A stretch of DNA of 64,000 bases, from IMG/VR virus record IMGVR_UViG_3300034102_002101, positions 32,001-96,000 of that record. One strand, written 5' to 3'. The notes beneath the pieces were generated by a model. That model saw only the letters and a list, made by a program, of their open reading frames with translations, did not search any database and was not told the origin of the DNA. Positions 57,851 to 64,000 of the stretch are shown piece by piece (within the stretch, counting starts at the first letter, position 1; the number at the start of each line of letters is the position of its first letter). A program made the translations under genes and the position numbers. This DNA is from a virus.

Positions 57851-58461
57851 TTTACTTTCTGGTAGAACGCATCTCCCCAACCATGGTTGGTGTCGTGCAT
57901 ATGTGTGCGTTTAAATCCGAATTGACTCAAATATTTATCGATACCATCCACAGTGACGCACCCCTCATATAATTCCTCGTAATTGACCTCGGTATATACA
58001 TAATCAATATCGTTAGTCAGTAGTTTTTCCGCCCCACACAAAACTTTATATTCTGCTCCTTGAACGTCTATAAAAAGAGCGTTAAAGTTTCCTTCTTCGT
58101 TTACATAAAATTCATCGAGGGTAACGCAGTCTACTTCTATCTGTTTCTCATAATTTATGTGTGGATAATAATTTTTGTGATTCTTGAGATTTAAGATAGA
58201 CGAAGATGAACCATCATTATTTGATACGTTAAATTTTATCTTACCATTAAAGTCAGAAACAGCATGGTTATAACCATCTTGATTAGGATACTGCGATAAT
58301 CTATCCATCAATCTTTTATATATCTCTGGGTTAGCTTCATGCCAAATAACAAATTCGGCACCCATCTGCTGGTAAAAGTCACGCTCCTGTCCTTCATGCG
58401 CTCCGACATGAATGACTCCACGCAGTTTTCCATGTAATTCCTTTACTAGATTTATTTCCAT
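57847..58461 (-). CDS. FkbM-family methyltransferase
   Basis: VIHVGAHEGQE, EAN, IDVQGAEYKVL.G, YTEVN. Confidence 0.9.
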   Translation of the reverse strand: MEINLVKELHGKLRGVIHVGAHEGQERDFYQQMGAEFVIWHEANPEIYKRLMDRLSQYPNQDGYNHAVSDFNGKIKFNVSNNDGSSSSILNLKNHKNYYPHINYEKQIEVDCVTLDEFYVNEEGNFNALFIDVQGAEYKVLCGAEKLLTNDIDYVYTEVNYEELYEGCVTVDGIDKYLSQFGFKRTHMHDTNHGWGDAFYQKVK

Positions 58462-58464
58462 AAT

Positions 58465-59133
58465 TTATAATGTTCCACGATCACTAAAATCAATATTATA
58501 TTCTTGTTGTAGTAAAGTCAACTCTTTTCCATATTCACTCACGTTCCATTTGCCTTTATTTATTGCGGTGGCTATATAGGGCCAAACATTGGAATCGTAA
58601 TGGAATAATCCGCGTTTATCCCCTACCCATTCTTTTGGTAAAAATTTACTTTCATATTCTCCTATAGAACATTGGGATAAGAAACCTTCTTGCCTAATCG
58701 AGTCTATTTGATATTTTTCGTAAAATGATATGAACTTATCTATGCTATGTACCGCAGCTTGCATACAATATTCCGTTCCTCCGCTTTTTATCAATTTAAC
58801 GAAACCAGTCTTATTAGAATTTATTTCTTCTATCGCCGTATGAATTGCGTTTATATCAATGTCGGAGTATAAAATAAAATCTTCTTGTGAGTATATGAAA
58901 TATTCATATCCATTCGCTTTAAGAAATTCAAGTACATGCAACCATTGGTTTGAATATGGTTCGTTGTTATCATACTTGAAACAGTAATGTCTACCAAAAT
59001 CATTGATATCTTCATTGCATAACCAGAATGATGGTAATTGATTAGCATGTTTATCGAGTCTATCGAAATACGGTTTCCACAAATCTTTGCAATTTGTGTG
59101 TGAATATGTAATTATACAAAGTTTATTATCCAT
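58465..59133 (-). CDS. Putative glycosyltransferase-like protein
   Basis: YSQEDF motif and cluster context. Confidence 0.45.
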   Translation of the reverse strand: MDNKLCIITYSHTNCKDLWKPYFDRLDKHANQLPSFWLCNEDINDFGRHYCFKYDNNEPYSNQWLHVLEFLKANGYEYFIYSQEDFILYSDIDINAIHTAIEEINSNKTGFVKLIKSGGTEYCMQAAVHSIDKFISFYEKYQIDSIRQEGFLSQCSIGEYESKFLPKEWVGDKRGLFHYDSNVWPYIATAINKGKWNVSEYGKELTLLQQEYNIDFSDRGTL

Positions 59134-59865
59134 TTAATTTATCTCCATTTCGCAGATTTGTTTATTGTAAAAACTTCCTTCTATCATGTATGGTCTAGTT
59201 TTTCTCCCATGCACAAATTCATCTAGCGCACTACCTACGTCAATGTATTGATTTCGTGGGTTGAGTTTCCATAATAAGTATATTATGGCTTCACTTAGTG
59301 GTCCGACTGATATGAAAAAGGTTTGTCCTGATGTATTATTAAAGGACTCTCCTAAAATTTGCATTATTTGTCCCTTATTTTCTTCCCACACGTTAACACA
59401 ATCATTTCCGAATGACATATAATCACTTACATTAAACGGATATTTTTTATTTTCTCCGTTTTCATTAGCGATTATAGTAATGTCTTTCTTTAGCGTTGTC
59501 AGTCTATCGATAAATCTATTGTAGTTTCCATTTATCCATAGATTCGCAAACGTTACATATTCTCTATCTTGCTTTATGTTATTCAATAGCCATTGTTTAT
59601 CTTCGGTATTGGATGAGTCACATGATATTGCATAATAATAATATGGATCAACACAACTTAAAGATTCACGTAGATCTTTTCCCAATTTTGTAATTCCTGT
59701 TGGTGCAGACCATCTATCAACATCTGTTGCTTGGCTTCCTCCACCAATTGGGATTCCTTTCATTAAACATATTTCACCATCCGCATATCTAGCATGTGCG
59801 AATGGCAAATTAGATTCTATTCTATTCCACGCATTATCGAAATCCTCTTTAAATAACTTTTTCAT
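59134..59865 (-). CDS. Putative GT-D-fold-like glycosyltransferase
   Basis: ARYADGE near the N-terminus and IDVGSALD near the C-terminus. Confidence 0.5.
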   Translation of the reverse strand: MKKLFKEDFDNAWNRIESNLPFAHARYADGEICLMKGIPIGGGSQATDVDRWSAPTGITKLGKDLRESLSCVDPYYYYAISCDSSNTEDKQWLLNNIKQDREYVTFANLWINGNYNRFIDRLTTLKKDITIIANENGENKKYPFNVSDYMSFGNDCVNVWEENKGQIMQILGESFNNTSGQTFFISVGPLSEAIIYLLWKLNPRNQYIDVGSALDEFVHGRKTRPYMIEGSFYNKQICEMEIN

Positions 59866-60847
59866 TCTTTAATATTTCTAGTATTTTCTGTGCGCTATTA
59901 CCATCACCATAAGGACAATGATTCATCATTGGTGTAGGATTCTTTATGTGCTCATAAAACAAATCCTTTAGGTTTTCTATGGTTGTTAGAAAGCTGGTAT
60001 TTCCAACCGATTCTGGTCTTTCTGTTGCATCTCTACACACTAATATCTTCTTATTTAGAAATGAACATTCCTCCTGCAATCCACCACTATCAGAAATAAC
60101 CAGCGAACAAGACAACAATTCGTTTATCATTTCGTCATATGGTAACGGTTCAATAACATTTACATTACAAAGTATTTCTCTGTGTTTTCTTACATTTGGG
60201 TTTGGGTGGATAGGAAATACAAAATTATAATCCAAAAATTCTGTTGCTAGTTCATTTATTTTCTTGAACCACTCGTCGATCTTATCATGATTTTCTCTTC
60301 TGTGTAAGGTAATTAAAATCTTTTTCGCCAATGTTGTTCTTTCCCGCATATTGACCAATCCATCTAATCCAGTATTACCAACAACATATATAGATTCATA
60401 TTTTATATTTTCTCTTAGTAAATTTATTATATTATCCGTTGTTGGGCATAGATGTATATCTGCTAATTTTGTTATTAAGCATCGGTTCATTTCTTCTGGA
60501 TACGGATTGTTGAAATCTCCGCTTCTGAGCCCAGCTTCTAAATGTATTACTTTTATTTTTCTGTGATATGCCGTCAATGCCATACCAAATGCGGAAGAAG
60601 TATCTCCCTGAACTAATACGTGGGTTATGCCATCAAATATATAACCACGATTTAAGCACGATTGTATCACTGAATCTAACCTATTATCACCGTCAGATAT
60701 CTCCAACTTATAATCAAAATCTACACCGAATAGTAGAGTCGTATGCTGTCCCGTAAAAACTGTTTTATATGACTCTCTAGGTAAAATCTTCAATAGTGAA
60801 GACACCTTTATCATCTCGGGGCGTGTGCCTATTGCTATAAGTATCAT
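59849..60847 (-). CDS. wecB: UDP-N-acetylglucosamine 2-epimerase (non-hydrolysing)
   Basis: GTRPEMIK, TGQH, VQGDT, HLEAGLRS, PEEMNR, TLHRREN, SDSGGLQEE, TERPE, YGDG. Confidence 0.95.
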   Translation of the reverse strand: MILIAIGTRPEMIKVSSLLKILPRESYKTVFTGQHTTLLFGVDFDYKLEISDGDNRLDSVIQSCLNRGYIFDGITHVLVQGDTSSAFGMALTAYHRKIKVIHLEAGLRSGDFNNPYPEEMNRCLITKLADIHLCPTTDNIINLLRENIKYESIYVVGNTGLDGLVNMRERTTLAKKILITLHRRENHDKIDEWFKKINELATEFLDYNFVFPIHPNPNVRKHREILCNVNVIEPLPYDEMINELLSCSLVISDSGGLQEECSFLNKKILVCRDATERPESVGNTSFLTTIENLKDLFYEHIKNPTPMMNHCPYGDGNSAQKILEILKNEKVI

Positions 60848-61623
60848 ACGTTTTCCTTTATCAACTTCCAACCAGCAATTCTCTGATCTACGAATGCTTG
60901 GTTCATCAAATGTTTAAATGGTACCCCTTCCGGTGATCTTTGGTTGGTTTCCCACATTGAATTATTATCGCACGCATACTTGATATGTGCTATATTGCAC
61001 CACATGTCTTTATTATCAATTGGGTGTGGAGGAACGTATGTTTTTATGTTACCATATTTTTGTAACATATGACTAAAATGCATATCCTCTTTACATATAA
61101 AATATTTTGGATCTGGTAATTCTCTCCAATACATACTTAACCAATCTCGCCTAAAAAACCAGGAATGTCCTACGAAATCTACCTCGGTAATTTCATTGGA
61201 TTGTCCACCATCTACCCAACCGAAACGTGTATAATGCTCGTAATATGAACTTCGTTCTGGTGGGTTTGGTTGTGAGTATAATAGACCTACTCCACCCATT
61301 AAACCATTCTTAATGTTTATAGAATTTATACAGTTTTCCAACCACAGTGGACCTGGAACCATATCATCGTCAAATACACAGACATATTCGGTTCTAGAAT
61401 TTAGTGCATATGCAAATCTCGCCCATACTCCGAGATTTTCATTTGATATGGCGCTGCTTACTTTTTCTGTGATACCGTAGTTAACATCACCTTTATCCGG
61501 ATAATTGTACCACAACATTATTTTTTTTGGTACTATACTTCCATTGTTCAATGCGTTAACTTGTTCATCTAGACATTCCCCGCGACGGAACCCATTCAAA
61601 ATTACGGTTACTTCTTTGTTCAT
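60844..61623 (-). CDS. GT-A glycosyltransferase
   Basis: VTVILN, WARF, VFDDD, EDMHFS. Confidence 0.7.
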   Translation of the reverse strand: MNKEVTVILNGFRRGECLDEQVNALNNGSIVPKKIMLWYNYPDKGDVNYGITEKVSSAISNENLGVWARFAYALNSRTEYVCVFDDDMVPGPLWLENCINSINIKNGLMGGVGLLYSQPNPPERSSYYEHYTRFGWVDGGQSNEITEVDFVGHSWFFRRDWLSMYWRELPDPKYFICKEDMHFSHMLQKYGNIKTYVPPHPIDNKDMWCNIAHIKYACDNNSMWETNQRSPEGVPFKHLMNQAFVDQRIAGWKLIKENV

Positions 61624-62639
61624 AAATTATTTAATATAGTAAACATCTTTTCCTTCCAAATGTCAATACTAAAATAATTTTTATAATTTGTTTTTGCGTT
61701 TGTGCTGCATTCCTCGTAGAATCCAACATCATCCACTAACCTCTTGGCCAATTTCCTCGCAGTTTTTATATCTTCAACATCAACAGATAACTCCGGAAAT
61801 ATTAATTTTTGAGTATCCATCTTATAATTTCCTATACATGGTATTCCAAAGTATCCACAATTCTTCGAAAAAGTGCCAGCAGCCACCGTTGGCATCAAAT
61901 GTATCGCATATCTATATGTTGATAATTCTCTCATCCATTCTAACCACGACATTCTTGGTAAGTGATTTAAATCATCTATAAGACCTTCATCTTCTCTTTT
62001 TGAGTGAGAATCCATTACATGCTTAGAACTCTCGTAAAACTCGTCGGAAACCATATAGGAATTGAAACCACCATAAAACTTACTAAAATTTCCACCGATC
62101 ATTACTTTATTATAAGTTCTTGAGTCAGGTATAATATCTGTTAACAGATCTTCTATCATCAAACTCGATATCACATTTACCGGTTTATTTGGAAACATTC
62201 CTTCGTAATATGGTTTATCTGATTCATTGTGGCAAAATATGGAATCAAACGAATGAACGGTGTTATACCAATTAAATTGATCTCTCACAGTATAATCCAT
62301 TGGCCATGAACTTGGTCCTTCCTGTATAAAATGTATTTTTTTGTTATTTTGTTTTCTTAATTGTCCAACAAAATCGAATTCCAATAATTTAGATACTGGA
62401 TTAATTCCATCAATTACCTTACATCCTTCTGCACTAAGAAATACCCGCCCTTTCGGTATTATTACGAAAACATGATCGTAATTGATTATATTAATCAACT
62501 GGTTAAATTGGTAATGTGTTGAGTCTAACGCTTGCTGCCATGCAATTTCCGTTCGTGCGTTATTGAATTTTTCTGGATATTTTCCACTAAATGGCGACTC
62601 GGTAATAAATGCAACTTTTCCAAAGTTATAGGATTTCAT
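61620..62639 (-). CDS. Putative GT-B glycosyltransferase
   Basis: C-terminal AAGTF..CGYFGIPCIG pattern of GT-B donor-binding domains; cluster context. Confidence 0.5.
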   Translation of the reverse strand: MKSYNFGKVAFITESPFSGKYPEKFNNARTEIAWQQALDSTHYQFNQLINIINYDHVFVIIPKGRVFLSAEGCKVIDGINPVSKLLEFDFVGQLRKQNNKKIHFIQEGPSSWPMDYTVRDQFNWYNTVHSFDSIFCHNESDKPYYEGMFPNKPVNVISSLMIEDLLTDIIPDSRTYNKVMIGGNFSKFYGGFNSYMVSDEFYESSKHVMDSHSKREDEGLIDDLNHLPRMSWLEWMRELSTYRYAIHLMPTVAAGTFSKNCGYFGIPCIGNYKMDTQKLIFPELSVDVEDIKTARKLAKRLVDDVGFYEECSTNAKTNYKNYFSIDIWKEKMFTILNNL

Positions 62640-62675
62640 ATATATACATATATATAGAAATCGAAATAACGCAAT

Positions 62676-62701
62676 AAAAAACCACCTTTTACGGTGGTTT
62701 T
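62676..62701 (-). terminator. Rho-independent terminator
   Basis: On the minus strand AACCACC-GTAAAA-GGTGGTT followed by a T-run, just after the 62711 stop. Confidence 0.75.
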
Positions 62702-62710
62702 GTTTTTGTA

Positions 62711-63280
62711 TTATTTTCTAACTATGTGTAGCCTATTACCAGCAGTTACTGAGTATATAGGTGGTTCTCCAATAATAGCGTCGAGTGAATGTCCCTCTAT
62801 CACGAAAGTAATGTCTCCGTTTTTATTTGTTTCCCTGCTCAATATTGCATATCCTTGTTTATGCAACCAAGTAAAGAATGTAGGTGTGGATCTGATAAAC
62901 GTATCAGATACTATCAATTTTCCTATTCTTGATGGTTGTATTGTTGGAATAGATGGAACTACTGGTTCTGGTGAGATTTCAATAATCTGTTCGGCTATAG
63001 TTTTCTCGACCACATTTTCAATTATCGGTTCTATCGCTGGAATTATCGCCGGTATTTGTTGTTCAATAATATCGTCTACCTTAACATCTAATAATGGTTC
63101 TTCTATAATAACCGGAATCGGCTCTGTCACTTCTTCAACCACGGATTCTTGTAATACCTGTGCTTCTACTTGCACTTCTTGTATTGCTTCCGTAACTGTT
63201 TCGGTTGATACGATGGGATCAATAGTTGGTTCAATTTCCTGTTCAGTTGTATTCTTTTTATATTTTGATGCTTTTGCCAT
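62711..63280 (-). CDS. Glu/Pro/Val/Ile-rich low-complexity protein
   Basis: Acidic EPV/I-rich N-terminal two thirds plus a small globular C-terminus; ATACTTATA motif on the minus strand at 63287-63295. Confidence 0.65.
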   Translation of the reverse strand: MAKASKYKKNTTEQEIEPTIDPIVSTETVTEAIQEVQVEAQVLQESVVEEVTEPIPVIIEEPLLDVKVDDIIEQQIPAIIPAIEPIIENVVEKTIAEQIIEISPEPVVPSIPTIQPSRIGKLIVSDTFIRSTPTFFTWLHKQGYAILSRETNKNGDITFVIEGHSLDAIIGEPPIYSVTAGNRLHIVRK

Positions 63281-63304
63281 AATGTTTATAAGTATTGCTA
63301 ACCT

Positions 63305-63982
63305 TTAATTGTGACCCATATTTTCTTTGTTGGAGAAATTCGTATTGTAGAACATGTTTTGGTTTTTTTGTCTATCTATAGTTTTTACATGTATCAATGA
63401 TAAATCTGGTTCTGGTGGTATTTCTGCTATTACCTTTGCCCCAACTATTACTTCATGTAATCTATTTTGCCAGAAGATTTCTAATTTGTTGCGGTAGATG
63501 CGACATTGAAAATCCGGGAAATTTATATAATTCTTCCCAAGTATATCACTCACTCGCCACCCCCATTGCTTCACATCGGAATCAGTCATTCCATCGATAT
63601 AATTTAATCTAGGCACTCGCATTAATTCTACTTCCGGATTTAATTCTATAAAGTCATGAATATTTTCTAGTAGAGTTTCCGATAGTATTTCATCTCCGTC
63701 TATTAGAAATATCCAATCTCCGGAGCACGCACGCGATCCTATCGTTTTGTGTCTACCAAAATGATACTCTCTACCATCATATAATTGATGATTTACTACT
63801 TTTGCTTGGTACTTATCTTTTGCCAAGCTTATGCTTGATATAGTTGAATCATCGGTTGACATATCATCCAGTATAACAAATTGATCATTCGTTTTTTTAC
63901 AGAATTCACCGATTTGATCGAACAGCGGTAATAGATATTTTTCACCTTCGTTGTGTGTACAAATTAGGAATGATATTTTCAT
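63305..63982 (-). CDS. GT2 glycosyltransferase
   Basis: ISFLICTHNE, LDDMSTD, WIFLIDGDE, PDFQCRIYRN, LHE. Confidence 0.9.
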   Translation of the reverse strand: MKISFLICTHNEGEKYLLPLFDQIGEFCKKTNDQFVILDDMSTDDSTISSISLAKDKYQAKVVNHQLYDGREYHFGRHKTIGSRACSGDWIFLIDGDEILSETLLENIHDFIELNPEVELMRVPRLNYIDGMTDSDVKQWGWRVSDILGKNYINFPDFQCRIYRNKLEIFWQNRLHEVIVGAKVIAEIPPEPDLSLIHVKTIDRQKNQNMFYNTNFSNKENMGHN

Positions 63983-64000
63983 CTTAATAATCCACCAGAC

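Noticed and set aside
62694-63308. 204-aa plus-strand ORF
   Set aside because: Antisense shadow of the low-complexity minus-strand gene, which has the promoter motif and terminator.
1-64000. Alternative genetic code; tRNA or rRNA genes
   Set aside because: Long, densely packed ORFs read normally in the standard code; no cloverleaf or rRNA-like sequence seen in the short intergenic gaps.

Overview
AT-rich segment of a large tailed (myovirus-like, probably jumbo) phage genome that reads cleanly in the standard genetic code. Left to right: (1) a tail-fibre region (1-14.6 kb) with two paralogous fibre genes built from 42-nt/14-aa repeats, a sulfotransferase, a SLOG protein, a stand-alone TnpB with an omegaRNA-like 3' end, an S26-like peptidase and an S74-chaperone fibre; (2) a plus-strand sugar-modification cluster (14.6-25 kb) with five glycosyltransferase-like genes, an amidinotransferase, two radical SAM/SPASM enzymes, a DegT aminotransferase, RmlD, an epimerase and a PIG-L deacetylase; (3) a gp55-like sigma factor and baseplate/tail module (25.4-42 kb); (4) RuvC, primase and an SbcD/Mre11 gene fractured by two inserted ORFs, with its C-terminal part fused to SbcC/Rad50; (5) a WGR-PARP island; (6) a minus-strand glycan cluster (53.4-64 kb) containing a form IV RuBisCO-like protein next to a nucleotidyltransferase and a cupin. 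Two promoter classes are visible: TTGAC(A/T)-N16-TAnnAT before enzyme genes and ATA(T/C)TTAT(A/T) before structural genes. The leading hypothesis is a phage-encoded virion glycan-decoration system that uses unusual chemistry (RuBisCO-like protein, amidinotransferase, sulfotransferase) and may target an (S/T)-G-S motif enriched in the virion proteins. All calls are by-eye motif recognition; no database searches were run.
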